Assembly: GCA_001773695.1 (NCBI GenBank)
Contig: MEXN01000003.1
Span: forward strand, 25,547-89,546
Reading direction: 5' to 3'
DNA: 64,000 nt
Source of the DNA: Candidatus Amesbacteria bacterium RIFCSPLOWO2_01_FULL_48_25
Lineage (GTDB): Bacteria; Patescibacteriota; Microgenomatia; CAZETR01; Amesbacteraceae
The notes under the pieces: model-generated
The model's database searches: none
Seen by the model: only the letters and a program-made list of their open reading frames with translations
Told to the model about the DNA's origin: nothing
Made by a program: the position numbers and the translations under genes
In this document: one piece after another, positions 19,885-30,021 of the stretch
Layout of the letters: every line of letters begins with the position of its first letter
Numbering within the stretch: position 1 is the stretch's first letter

Positions 19885-20789
19885 TATTTATACGAACCTG
19901 GGCCAAAATTCATTAAATAAAAATCAAGGACACCGCGGCGCTGCCAGGGGCGGCCAGTAAATAACAGTTTAAGCGATTCCTTGATAAGGGCAATTTTGGT
20001 TCGCAGAGGCGCCCAGCGTAGGCCAAATAATAATCGATTTCTAGAAATGTAGTAGTCCTGCAAGGTGGAGCCGATACCTGCTGCTTGGGCATTGGCATGC
20101 CAGGCTACACTATCTGGAACATAAATAATTTTAAACCCGGCTTTTCTGGCTCGTTGGCATAAATCGTTTTCCTCGTAATACAGGTAATATTGAGGGTTAA
20201 TTAGACCGACTTTAGTTAAAACTCCCTGTCTCAAAAAAATCGATGCGCCGGTGGCAAAATCGACCACTAAATCTGAATTGTATTGGCCAATATCCACCTC
20301 ATCTACGCCGCGATGGGACGTAATGAGATTTGCCCAATCTATAAGTCCTCCGGCTGACCAAATGACTTTACCCAACTCGTCTTTGGTATAACGATCCGAG
20401 TGGAATTCATAACCCGGGGAGAAATATATTTTGGGAGTGAATATTCCGGCCTGGGGATGCCTGTCTGCGGCTTTCAAAAACACGACGAGACTGCTTGGCT
20501 GTAATTGAATGTCCGGATTGACGATCCAGATGAAGTCTGACTCATGATCAAGAGCATGTTTGATTCCGACGTTATTTCCGGCTGCGTACCCAAGGTTTGA
20601 ACCACTTTCTATCAAGGTGAATCTGGGATATTTCTTTTTAACGAATGCCGCAGAACCATCAGATGAGTCGTTGTCGACCACTACAACCTCTACCTGAGCT
20701 GAATCACTATCAAGTTTTTTGATTGAATCTAAACAACTCGAAATATATTTCTTTGAATTCCAAGACAAGACAACGATGGAGATCTTCAT
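19884..20789 (-). CDS. Family 2 glycosyltransferase (WbbL-like, likely rhamnosyltransferase)
   Basis: 301 aa. KISIVVLSWNSKKY...VVVDNDSSDGS...GYAAGNNVGI...YYEENDLCQRA. Confidence 0.75.
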   Translation of the reverse strand: MKISIVVLSWNSKKYISSCLDSIKKLDSDSAQVEVVVVDNDSSDGSAAFVKKKYPRFTLIESGSNLGYAAGNNVGIKHALDHESDFIWIVNPDIQLQPSSLVVFLKAADRHPQAGIFTPKIYFSPGYEFHSDRYTKDELGKVIWSAGGLIDWANLITSHRGVDEVDIGQYNSDLVVDFATGASIFLRQGVLTKVGLINPQYYLYYEENDLCQRARKAGFKIIYVPDSVAWHANAQAAGIGSTLQDYYISRNRLLFGLRWAPLRTKIALIKESLKLLFTGRPWQRRGVLDFYLMNFGPGSYK

Positions 20790-21682
20790 GACAACTTGCG
20801 CAACAACTTGAGGAACGGTTTAACCAGGATGTTGGCTTGATCGATTTTGGCTTGATAACTCCACCATTTCCATTCTGAAGACTTTTTCCCAATTTGATTT
20901 TCCAGCTGAGCTGGTGTAATTTCTTGGGAAACAAATTTGCTTTGTTGCCATAACTTTAAATATAAAACTAGTTCCGAGAACGCCTGGAGAGACGAAAGGG
21001 CAAGGCCATGAAGGCCTTGGGTATAACCCTGCCGAGAAAAGTACTGAGTAATAAATTCAGCGAAAGGTTTGTCGATAATATCTATCCAGTTGAAGTTATA
21101 ACCTCGGGACTGAACTAGGTCCAATTGGTGGTCGGTATATCGATTGAGGCGATCAACGTATTGAAATATGGTGTCGTAATGATGATGAATAATGGCATGC
21201 TCCTCGTCGGCCAAAAAATCGTGACCGATACCTCTGGTGTAGGGGATACTGTGGATAGTAGGATCCCAGGTCATGCTACCTTTTTTGAATAACCGGTAGA
21301 CGTAATCTGGCCACCAGTGGTTACTCTTGATCCACTTGCCAAAAATTGTGTTTTGCCTGGGGAAACGATAGTAGTCGGCCGAGGCATTTTTTATTGTTTC
21401 TTTGATGATTTTCGCCAAGGGCTGGGTAATTTCCTCATCTGCGTCCAAAAGTAAGATCCAGTCGCCACGGGCCTTGGAAATAGAAAAGTTGCGAACCGGT
21501 TCGACAATACCGGTGTTTTTATGGCCATAGATTTTGGCTCCAAGTTTTTTTGCTATTTCTGCCGTTTTGTCTGTACTTTCGGTATCGACAACGACTATTT
21601 CGTCAGCGATAGTTTTAGCCGAAGATATAGCCCGGGCAATATTTTTCTCCTCATTCCAAGCGGTAATGACTACCGAGAGCAT
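20786..21682 (-). CDS. Family 2 glycosyltransferase
   Basis: Start trimmed to MLSVVITAWNEEKNIARAI at 21682. IVVVDTESTDKT...LLLDADEEIT. ATGA overlap at 20786-20789. Confidence 0.7.
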   Translation of the reverse strand: MLSVVITAWNEEKNIARAISSAKTIADEIVVVDTESTDKTAEIAKKLGAKIYGHKNTGIVEPVRNFSISKARGDWILLLDADEEITQPLAKIIKETIKNASADYYRFPRQNTIFGKWIKSNHWWPDYVYRLFKKGSMTWDPTIHSIPYTRGIGHDFLADEEHAIIHHHYDTIFQYVDRLNRYTDHQLDLVQSRGYNFNWIDIIDKPFAEFITQYFSRQGYTQGLHGLALSSLQAFSELVLYLKLWQQSKFVSQEITPAQLENQIGKKSSEWKWWSYQAKIDQANILVKPFLKLLRKLS

Positions 21683-21701
21683 GGTGATATCATTATAGCT
21701 G

Positions 21702-23129
21702 ATGCCACCCAAGAAAGTTCTCATCGTATTTCTGACGGCTGCTTTTCTGTTTACATTCAAACTTTTACAGGTTCCGCCGGGAATGGAAACGGATGAGGGG
21801 GTAATTGCCCATAACGCGGCCTTAATTTCTAAGACCGGGCGAGATCAGAATGGCAGGTTTATGCCGGCATTTATTTTATCCAGCGACAAGATGGACTGGA
21901 AGCAGCCAGTTTCGATATATCTGACCGCAATTTATTTCAAAATTTTCGGAATGTCTCTGTGGGTATTTAAGCTGGTGAACGTATCCGTGGCTTTGGTCAG
22001 CTTGTGTCTGATGTGGGTTTTACTAAGAACGTTACTTGGAGATAGGGAGGCGGTTTGGGGAACAATTATTTTGATGACGACTCCGATGGTCGTGATTTCC
22101 ACCCGAATTGGAACCGAAGCTATCAGCCCGCTTTTGTTTGCAACGGCTTGGCTATTAACAATTGCTTTATACAGAAAAAATGGACGACTAATAAACCTGG
22201 TACTATCTGCATTAACTTTGGGGGTAGGATTTTACAGTTATAAGGGAATGAGGTTGGTGATTCCACCGTGGACTTTAATGACCATTGGATACATCTATCA
22301 CAAATCGGCTCGTGATTGGAGTAAGTTTTTCCGAAGTGTGGGAGTATTTACAATCATGTTATTTCCCTTTTTCGCCATTACTCCGTTTCTGGAATTTAAA
22401 TACCCGGGAGCAGTGTTTGAAAGGGCCACATTGGCTCTGGAGTCTTACAGGCACTATGCTTATTACTGGCTATCAAATTTGGACTTGGGATTTTTGTTTT
22501 TGCAAGGAGACGTGGGAAGGATATTCTCCGTGGAATTGTTTGGGTCATTTCTTCTGGGAGCATTACCTTTCTTTCTGGTAGGAATCAAAAAGGCTGTCGA
22601 TAGGATGTCGTTTTTTACATACGTCCTTGGCAGTTATCTATTGACGCCGGTTCTTTTTGGAATGGCCGGGTCGATGGGATATGGACATAGATTGGTAGCG
22701 ATCATTCCCGCATTTGTTATAATCGCCACGCTGGGAATTAGAGAGATGAGATGGAGGTGGAGAGCTCTATTTGGGTTATTTTTTGCCATTAACTTCTTTA
22801 ACTTTTTTAGTTATTACTTTTTCAAATACCCACAGCTTCATGAGACTAGAACTGCGTTCTCGAACAATCTGGACCGGGCTTACTATCGCCTTGCAACCCT
22901 ATCTAAAAAGGAACAGCTGGTGCCTTACGTTCAAGAGAATGTGCACGAGCAACATGGTGAGGGAAATCTATTTTTTGAGGCGGCATATTTTGATAGGCCG
23001 TTGACTTTATGGAAACAAGGTTCAAAACTACCGCCCAATAGTTTGCTGTTGACGAATATGGAATTGGTTGATGGTTTGGAAAAATTCAATATTGATGCCG
23101 CGCCTTTGTTTATCCAGAAGTCTCGCTAA
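21702..23129 (+). CDS. GT-C membrane glycosyltransferase, ArnT/PMT-like family A
   Basis: 475 aa. PPGMETDEGVIAHNAALISKTGRDQNGRFMP, YSYKGMRLV. Many TM helices. Confidence 0.7.
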   Translation: MPPKKVLIVFLTAAFLFTFKLLQVPPGMETDEGVIAHNAALISKTGRDQNGRFMPAFILSSDKMDWKQPVSIYLTAIYFKIFGMSLWVFKLVNVSVALVSLCLMWVLLRTLLGDREAVWGTIILMTTPMVVISTRIGTEAISPLLFATAWLLTIALYRKNGRLINLVLSALTLGVGFYSYKGMRLVIPPWTLMTIGYIYHKSARDWSKFFRSVGVFTIMLFPFFAITPFLEFKYPGAVFERATLALESYRHYAYYWLSNLDLGFLFLQGDVGRIFSVELFGSFLLGALPFFLVGIKKAVDRMSFFTYVLGSYLLTPVLFGMAGSMGYGHRLVAIIPAFVIIATLGIREMRWRWRALFGLFFAINFFNFFSYYFFKYPQLHETRTAFSNNLDRAYYRLATLSKKEQLVPYVQENVHEQHGEGNLFFEAAYFDRPLTLWKQGSKLPPNSLLLTNMELVDGLEKFNIDAAPLFIQKSR

Positions 23130-24715
23130 TTGACCGAGTAGATGACCACTTCCGAGTTGGAAAATATCTTATTTGCAGGAAAACCTGAGGTGGGAATTTG
23201 CTGATTTAATAAATAAATATACTTAATTTGATTTTGTGTCAAAAACTGGACTGAAGGCCGGTTAAAGAAAGACAGCTCCCGTAAACGACGGTCCTGCCAA
23301 GGATAGTTGGTGATATTTAGATTCACTTCGTCGCTTAGGTATGTAGGCTGGCCAGAAATAGCGGAGACATAGGCTGTGGATTCATAGAGATAAAGCGGAC
23401 GGGGAGGGGAGGCGTAAGGATCGGAAGAACCAGGATAAGTTAAAACTACACCGGATGGCAATTTTTTCAAATAATTTAGAGCTTGTAATTCACCGGGTGA
23501 TATTTTGGCTGGAGGACGAGAGGGTAGATACACCTTGGTCAAGGTGTCCCAGGTGGTGAGGAGAGTTCCTGCAATTACAAATACACAAATCCCAAATCTC
23601 AAATAATTATTTAATTTCTTAATTTTCAATACTTCAGAAAGGGCGAGTCCTGCGAGGATGGAGGAGAAAAATAGGGAGTAGTAAAAAAACTGGATAGTGT
23701 TCCAGGCGGTACCGGTTTGCAAAAAAAACATGGGAATAATTCCACCGGCAATAATTATCGCCGCATAAAAGGAGTCCAGCCAAGTAATTTCACGAACATT
23801 CTTTACCCATTTAAAAATCAGGATTTCTTTGAATAATCGGGAGCCCATATTGCCCACCCAAAAAACGGCAAAGGCAAATAAATATGCAAGTAAAGACTTA
23901 AATGAAAGCGTTTTTTGACTGTAAGTAGTTAGGGCGGAAAATAAGCGTGGCCAATTTAACCGGTCCGGAGCAAATAACGTCTGAAGAAACCAACCAGGGT
24001 TCCAAACCAGTAGTTTGGAGTTGTTGGTTAATAGTTGATAGTTACTTGGAAGATATATTAATAAGCCTATTATCAAGGTGAGAAATATTTTTTTATTTTT
24101 TATCCCGGCGGCGATAAGGCCAAAGAAGGCTAACAATCCGGCGTAGATTTTGACTTGGGGGAGCAGGGCTACGACTAAGGCTGCCAATATATACCGCTCT
24201 TTTTTAAGTAATAGTAATAATAATAGTAATAGGACTAGCGAGAGGGCAAAAGGGGGGTTGATGAGCGTGGAAATGGCTTGTTGGGACCAGAATGTGGATT
24301 CGCCTTTGCCCAATACCCACCCCAGACTGCCACCGAAATAAACAAAAAAAATAACCCATAAGTTTTTGGTTAATTTGTAAGTTAACCAACCGATTAAAAA
24401 GGCCAGAACTGGGGGAATTATTTGAAAATAGAGATTGATAACTGAGATTCGCGTTAAAAAGTGAATTACGGCTAGTAAAATATCAAAACCTAGATGATAG
24501 TTTTTGATCTGAGCTCCTGCGAATATGGGCATCTCGAAGCTGCCCCGGGAGAGACTATTGATGAGGGCGACGTGCCAGATGCCGTCGTGGCCGTTGGGTC
24601 CCCAAAAGCCCATGCCAAAGTCATAAATTAAGCCGCTTTTGATCATGGTTGCTGACCAAATGATCGTGCCCGCGGCTATTAACAACCAGTGGTTATGTTT
24701 TTTTAACCAAGACAT
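23126..24715 (-). CDS. Polytopic membrane protein with C-terminal soluble domain (putative GT-C-type transferase/polymerase)
   Basis: 529 aa with more than 10 TM helices, including an L-rich LVLLLLLLLLKK stretch. Confidence 0.4.
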   Translation of the reverse strand: MSWLKKHNHWLLIAAGTIIWSATMIKSGLIYDFGMGFWGPNGHDGIWHVALINSLSRGSFEMPIFAGAQIKNYHLGFDILLAVIHFLTRISVINLYFQIIPPVLAFLIGWLTYKLTKNLWVIFFVYFGGSLGWVLGKGESTFWSQQAISTLINPPFALSLVLLLLLLLLLKKERYILAALVVALLPQVKIYAGLLAFFGLIAAGIKNKKIFLTLIIGLLIYLPSNYQLLTNNSKLLVWNPGWFLQTLFAPDRLNWPRLFSALTTYSQKTLSFKSLLAYLFAFAVFWVGNMGSRLFKEILIFKWVKNVREITWLDSFYAAIIIAGGIIPMFFLQTGTAWNTIQFFYYSLFFSSILAGLALSEVLKIKKLNNYLRFGICVFVIAGTLLTTWDTLTKVYLPSRPPAKISPGELQALNYLKKLPSGVVLTYPGSSDPYASPPRPLYLYESTAYVSAISGQPTYLSDEVNLNITNYPWQDRRLRELSFFNRPSVQFLTQNQIKYIYLLNQQIPTSGFPANKIFSNSEVVIYSVN

Positions 24716-26177
24716 TGTAGAACCGGCGAAAATCCGATACTAATTCTTTACCGGTTAATATGTAAATTGCTATAGCGAAAGTGGATACAGAAATCACAAT
24801 GTTAATAAATAGATTGCTAATAAAAATCGATACAGAAAGCATAATAACTGTAGCTACGGCTGGCTTTAGAAAACTGTCTTTGAGACTAAAGTCTACGTAC
24901 CTCTTGACAATAATAACCGGAACCACTGATGACAACGCGATGATCGCGGTAGCGTAAGCAACACCTAAATAGCCAAACTTTAGGGCTAAGGCCGGAGTCA
25001 GAAGCCAGGCGAGAGCTGTCCACATAATCATAAGGTAAGTATTTATTTTGACTTTTCCGATGGCGTTTAAAGTGTTGGTCAAGGGGGTTGAGATGGCTGC
25101 TAATGCACTATTGAAACAGTACAAAGCCAGGGGAATGAGTGCGGTTTCCCATTTTGAGTAGCGGGGAATTATCTTGACTGCCAGTGGAGCTAATGTGGCC
25201 AGTAAGGCAACTATCGGGAAGGTGATGAGAGAGATGAAAAAAAGAGTTTTTTCGATGGCCTTTTTAAGTTCTTGGGGATCGTGCTGGAGACGGGAATAAG
25301 CCGGGAAGGTGACTTTGGTGACGTTGTCCATGATAAAGCGGAGGGGTTTCTGGGACCAGGTCTGGGCCCAGCCGATTATTCCTACCCCATCTGCGCCGAT
25401 GATTTTCCATAAGAAAATATTTAAAAAGCGGTCTTTAACCACGGCCATTAAAGAATTAATCTGGTAGGGGAGTCCGAACGAAAGTAAGGTCTTTAGAGAT
25501 GTTTTGGATAGTTCTAGGCCAATTTTCCAGGGGGCCAAGTAATAAATTAGACCCGTGCCGATGATGCCGCGAAAAAGAACCGCCCAAGCGTATGAGGCGA
25601 CTCCCCTCCCCTGCCAAGCCAAAATTACGGCAATTGTATAAAACACCAATGTTTCAATAACTTCGACTGAAGCTAATATCTCAAAGCGGAGCTGGCGTTC
25701 GAGAACAACCGAGGGAATGGTTTTAAGCGAAGCCAAAAAGAAAGCTATCAGCAGACTGTAGAATAACCAGGTACCGCCGTTTGTGATTTGATAGTAGTTA
25801 AAGAGCCAGGGAGAAATAGTAATAGTGAATAGTAATAGTAATAGCACTAAAATCTGCTGAAATGTAAACGTGGTGCGTAGATCAGAAAGAGTGACTTTGT
25901 CTTTTTTTTGAATTAATGAGGCGGCTAGACCAATATCGGAGAAATACCCCAATATAGAGACTAAATCATTGACGGCTATAAATAACCCGATTTCTGGGCG
26001 GCCTAGAAATACTGAAAGTAAAAAAAAACCGCCAGTGGCAATGATTTGAAGGATAAAAGACCGGCTGATGAGGGTAACCACTCCGGTTAATGACCTAGTC
26101 TTGACCGTGGTCAAATCCACATCCCCAAGCGTAACTTCCGCATCCATGCGATCATTATACCCAAGATCAGTGTCCAA
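24693..26177 (-). CDS. Wzx-like oligosaccharide flippase (MOP superfamily, Polysacc_synt-like)
   Basis: 494 aa, about 12 TM helices. FLGRPEIGLFIAVNDLVSILGYFSDIGLAASLIQKK matches the conserved first loop of Wzx/Polysacc_synt proteins. Confidence 0.65.
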   Translation of the reverse strand: MDTDLGYNDRMDAEVTLGDVDLTTVKTRSLTGVVTLISRSFILQIIATGGFFLLSVFLGRPEIGLFIAVNDLVSILGYFSDIGLAASLIQKKDKVTLSDLRTTFTFQQILVLLLLLFTITISPWLFNYYQITNGGTWLFYSLLIAFFLASLKTIPSVVLERQLRFEILASVEVIETLVFYTIAVILAWQGRGVASYAWAVLFRGIIGTGLIYYLAPWKIGLELSKTSLKTLLSFGLPYQINSLMAVVKDRFLNIFLWKIIGADGVGIIGWAQTWSQKPLRFIMDNVTKVTFPAYSRLQHDPQELKKAIEKTLFFISLITFPIVALLATLAPLAVKIIPRYSKWETALIPLALYCFNSALAAISTPLTNTLNAIGKVKINTYLMIMWTALAWLLTPALALKFGYLGVAYATAIIALSSVVPVIIVKRYVDFSLKDSFLKPAVATVIMLSVSIFISNLFINIVISVSTFAIAIYILTGKELVSDFRRFYNVLVKKT

Positions 26178-27778
26178 GAGATGAATGATAAGGAATTTCC
26201 GAGGGTGCGGATGGGGGTGTTACCAAAAACTGCAACTAGTTCGTGGCGGCCAGGAGTTAGATCAAATTGCGGTCTACCCAAAAGAGGGTCCAGTTTATAA
26301 CTTGTGATCTCGGAGTTATCAAGATAATATTTCCAGCCGGGGAAGTAGTAGGTTTGCAGCTCGATGCTTCCCAGGGTAGCCATAGTAATTAAATATTTCT
26401 GGCGGTTAGATTTGAACAGCAGTGGGGAAAAAATGCCCTGACCGAAGGTAATATTTATCTCGCTACCGCGGGCGTCGGCGGGAGGAGCCGGAGCCCACTT
26501 GGGCAAATAGTCAAAAATCCCTGATGTAACTAATAACTGCCAGGTTTTGCCGGAAAACTTCTTGGCGTCGGTCATATCCGGGAACCACTCTCTGGGCCTG
26601 AAGTAATTTCCGTTTAATAATATTAATAACACTAATATTATGGAATGAAAAAGTTTTTTATTAATTACCATCGCTATGGCTCCGGAGAGGAAGGAGGCGG
26701 TGAAGACGGCCAGGGTAAGAAAGCGCCAGGGAAATTGGAGAAACTCGAGAGGTTTTAGGGCTAACCAGATGGGAGTAGATTTAGAATGACTCATAAATAA
26801 TGCTCCGAGAGTTATAAGAGCGAGAATTATGATTAGAGATTTACGGTTTATGAATTTTTTTGAGAAAATAAACAACAGGATCAGGATTGGAATTATCCAA
26901 TGTAAAAACCCCAGGGCGAAAGACATTGAATCATTGGGGCCAAGTTCGGACGAGCCGTAACCCCAATTGATGTTGAGAAATATTTGCCTGACGTCTAAAA
27001 AATGGGCCAGGTAGTTGAAATACCCGGAAGTGAGGGTCCAAACCGAAACAAATTTCGTTTCGAAAAGGACGGGGAGAGTGAAAAAAGCGGCTAGGCCGAG
27101 AGACCAAAGAGCAGACAAGGACAAATTTCTAATCGTTAGATATACAATTGACTTAACTGACCTAAATTTTATAAGCCAGAAAAGACACCAGAGAATAAGA
27201 ACTGGGGCGAAGATCATAAGCATGGGGTTGTGGGAAAGCATAAGAGCGGCGATGGAGAGGGAGGCGAAGGAAATCCATTTTGGTTTTTGACTGGCAATGA
27301 GTTTGTAGGTAGTCCAAAAGATAAGAGGATAAAAGGCCATGGCCCAGAATTCGTTTATGGCACCACGAACATAAAAGTCCACTGAATGATACGGGGCGTA
27401 AGTGTAAAAAACCGAAGAAATCAACCCCCCTCCCCTACCCCAAAACTCCCGACCCAATAAATACATATTCAAAGCCGTTATCCCAAATCCCAAAATGCCA
27501 ATGATTTTTACCACATCAATATATTGAAATCCCAAGGCACGAAATGGCTGGCCAATAAGATATGGCAAAGGTGGATAATAATTAAAAAGTGGGTAACCGT
27601 ACCCGTAGCCCAGATCTGAGACCCAGCGGCAAGGAATCTGCCAATCGGTAAAGCACTTGTCCAGTTGATACTGGCGCATGGATTGCAAATCATCATGCAT
27701 GGAAAAATAGCCTGGTTGAAGAAGCCAAGCAAAGGCAGGAAAAATAAGTAAAACAAGCAAAAATAAGTCTTTTTTCAT
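26111..27778 (-). CDS. Polytopic membrane protein of the MHD...GYGYP family (paralog of 1453..3024)
   Basis: 555 aa. SMHDDLQSMRQYQLDKC...PCRWVSDLGYGYGYPLFNYYPPLPY. Confidence 0.55.
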   Translation of the reverse strand: MKKDLFLLVLLIFPAFAWLLQPGYFSMHDDLQSMRQYQLDKCFTDWQIPCRWVSDLGYGYGYPLFNYYPPLPYLIGQPFRALGFQYIDVVKIIGILGFGITALNMYLLGREFWGRGGGLISSVFYTYAPYHSVDFYVRGAINEFWAMAFYPLIFWTTYKLIASQKPKWISFASLSIAALMLSHNPMLMIFAPVLILWCLFWLIKFRSVKSIVYLTIRNLSLSALWSLGLAAFFTLPVLFETKFVSVWTLTSGYFNYLAHFLDVRQIFLNINWGYGSSELGPNDSMSFALGFLHWIIPILILLFIFSKKFINRKSLIIILALITLGALFMSHSKSTPIWLALKPLEFLQFPWRFLTLAVFTASFLSGAIAMVINKKLFHSIILVLLILLNGNYFRPREWFPDMTDAKKFSGKTWQLLVTSGIFDYLPKWAPAPPADARGSEINITFGQGIFSPLLFKSNRQKYLITMATLGSIELQTYYFPGWKYYLDNSEITSYKLDPLLGRPQFDLTPGRHELVAVFGNTPIRTLGNSLSFISWTLILGIMIAWMRKLRLGMWI

Positions 27779-29277
27779 TTGGGTAACACCTGAAAAAATA
27801 GGGTGTATTCGCGGGTGCCGTCTGGTTTGACAGCTTTGGGGTAGCTAGAAAGAAGCTTTAAACCAATTTTTTCCGGGTCGTCATTATGGAAACGGGATGA
27901 GTTGACGATCAAAAACACTTGATTGTCGGCCAGGGCATTTTGGAGCTTTTCGTGAACCGAGTCTATCCATACTCCCACACCGATGACCCGGACATTGGAA
28001 ACGTTATTCAAATAAAGTTGCAAAGCATCAAATGGAGTGCCGAAAAATCCTTCTGACCCAACTAATACCGGCCCGGACTTTGCAAATTGGGCCAATTGGA
28101 AAGATATATCACGCAAACCTTGGCCGGCGGTCCATTCCTCTAAATATCCGGCCCGTTCTATACGGGGAAGGGGGGTGGACGGGGGGTTGAACAATAGCGA
28201 CCAGTCGACTACCAACGAAGGAATAATGACTAGACCGGCTGCAGCCAGGGTAAGAACGTGCTTTTGGGACTTTTGGCCAAAGTGTTCTATTGCGTGGGCA
28301 ATTAGAATCACGGCAAAAGGGACTGTAAACAATAAATATCTGGCGGTGAAGGCTTTGGCCAGGGATGATTGGACGAATATGGGAACGAGAAACCATAAGG
28401 CTAAGATGAGCCTCTGGCGAAGATGAGAGCGATGGACTTCAAAAGTGCCCCATATAGCAAACAGCAGGCCAATGGGAGTAGCTAAATAGAAATAAAAATT
28501 TAGAGAGTCCTTGAGATGGGGAATTAAGGGATCTAAAGGATGGCGGATAACTTCAAGCACCGGATAAACGTAATCGGCATTTCTGATCGCAATCATGTGG
28601 AACTGGGGACCGAGGCGGAGAATGTTGTACATCCCGATAGCTATCACACAAGCCACAAGCCACAAGCCACAAGCCACAATGAAATTTCTGCGAGTGAGGG
28701 GTTTAATTAAAAGAAAAACCGAAGGAGATAGGAGAAATACGAATACTGCCGGGGATTTGGTCAGCCAAGCAAAACCTAATGAGAAACCGGCGAGCATGGC
28801 CAAATCTAACCGCAGATGGATGAAAGACAGGGCCAGGAGGTTGAAAGTCCAAACATAAAACATGACCAAAAGGCTATCTGCTAAAGCCATACGGCCGAAA
28901 AAGACTGAGTAGGGCAAAACGGAGTAAATTGCGCCTGCTAGTACGGATAAACGTTTGTTTTTGAATAAAATATACGCTGTGAATGCGACACCCATGATTG
29001 TCGCTAAATCGGCAAGGGCTGAAAGAGTTCTACCGGCAAGTAAAGGATCGGAGATGATTTTGAAAAAGGGAATGGTCAACCACATGAAGAACGGTTGTTT
29101 ACCGTCGGACAAGGGCAGGAAACGAAGCGTCGCCTCGGCCCGCATGACCTGGGACCAGCGCACATAAATTGCTTCGTCGGCGAAAATTGGAAGCGAATTT
29201 AGATTTGTAAAACGAAGTAGAATACCGAAAAATAGAATTACAGCGCCAGTTAAAACTATTTTTTTCCAAGAGGTCAT
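27775..29277 (-). CDS. GT-C membrane glycosyltransferase, ArnT/PMT-like
   Basis: 500 aa. NSLPIFADEAIYVRWSQVM is the ArnT-type DE motif. Contains the 7-nt tandem repeat that encodes LWLVACGLWLVAC. Confidence 0.7.
   Translation of the reverse strand: MTSWKKIVLTGAVILFFGILLRFTNLNSLPIFADEAIYVRWSQVMRAEATLRFLPLSDGKQPFFMWLTIPFFKIISDPLLAGRTLSALADLATIMGVAFTAYILFKNKRLSVLAGAIYSVLPYSVFFGRMALADSLLVMFYVWTFNLLALSFIHLRLDLAMLAGFSLGFAWLTKSPAVFVFLLSPSVFLLIKPLTRRNFIVACGLWLVACVIAIGMYNILRLGPQFHMIAIRNADYVYPVLEVIRHPLDPLIPHLKDSLNFYFYLATPIGLLFAIWGTFEVHRSHLRQRLILALWFLVPIFVQSSLAKAFTARYLLFTVPFAVILIAHAIEHFGQKSQKHVLTLAAAGLVIIPSLVVDWSLLFNPPSTPLPRIERAGYLEEWTAGQGLRDISFQLAQFAKSGPVLVGSEGFFGTPFDALQLYLNNVSNVRVIGVGVWIDSVHEKLQNALADNQVFLIVNSSRFHNDDPEKIGLKLLSSYPKAVKPDGTREYTLFFQVLPK
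28648..28675. repeat. Heptanucleotide tandem repeat (acaagcc) x4 perfect plus partial flanks, inside CDS 27775..29277
   Basis: Read directly: cacaagccacaagccacaagccacaagccacaatg. The unit length is not a multiple of 3. Confidence 0.9.
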
Positions 29278-30021
29278 CTATGCAAGTATAACTGGTCGAG
29301 AATGGATCTGGCGAATGCGCCACAAGTCGCGAAGCATGTTGACTACCCCTTCCCAAAATCTAACATGGCTGCCGGGGGAATCAGACCAATCAACTGGAAT
29401 TTCTTTTATGGTTAGCCTCGCCTTTTCGGCTAAATATAATATCTCAGCGTCGAACATGAAGCGGTCGATTTTGGCAAGATTGAATAACTGCCTGGCAATT
29501 GATCCTTTGTAAGCTTTGAAACCGCATTGAGTGTCTTTAAATTTTCGCAATCCGACTAGCATAAATTTGACTTGGTCAAAGACATACGATGCAAGTAATC
29601 TGTAGATTGGAGGGCTTTTCTTTACTTTGGTTCTGTCTTGGCCACGAGACCCGATAACAATATCTGCTGTTTTTAATATGTGCAAAATATGGGGGATTTC
29701 TTCTAGGGGAGTAGAAAGATCTGCGTCCATAAAGAGGACGACGGAACCTCGCGATGCGTGTACTCCTGTTCTAATTGCGTAACCCTTGCCCCGATTGGGA
29801 TGATATGAAACTAACTTTGCTCGCGGTTCTTTGGCAATGGCACGGGATACCGTTTGAGCAGTGTTATCAGTGCTGCCATCGTCCACTATGATCAGTTCAT
29901 AGTTCGGATAATGGGTATCGAGATATTTTAAAACGGGTTTCAGATGTGGTCCCAAGCGATATTGTTCGTTATAAGCGGGGATGATGACTGACAAATGGGG
30001 TTTAATTTTATTTATACGCAT
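29278..30021 (-). CDS. GT2 polyprenol-phosphate sugar synthase (DPM1/GtrB/ArnC-like)
   Basis: 247 aa. LSVIIPAYNEQYRL...ELIIVDDGSTDNT...VLFMDADLSTP...IGSRG. Tandem paralog of 30008..30751. Confidence 0.75.
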   Translation of the reverse strand: MRINKIKPHLSVIIPAYNEQYRLGPHLKPVLKYLDTHYPNYELIIVDDGSTDNTAQTVSRAIAKEPRAKLVSYHPNRGKGYAIRTGVHASRGSVVLFMDADLSTPLEEIPHILHILKTADIVIGSRGQDRTKVKKSPPIYRLLASYVFDQVKFMLVGLRKFKDTQCGFKAYKGSIARQLFNLAKIDRFMFDAEILYLAEKARLTIKEIPVDWSDSPGSHVRFWEGVVNMLRDLWRIRQIHSRPVILA

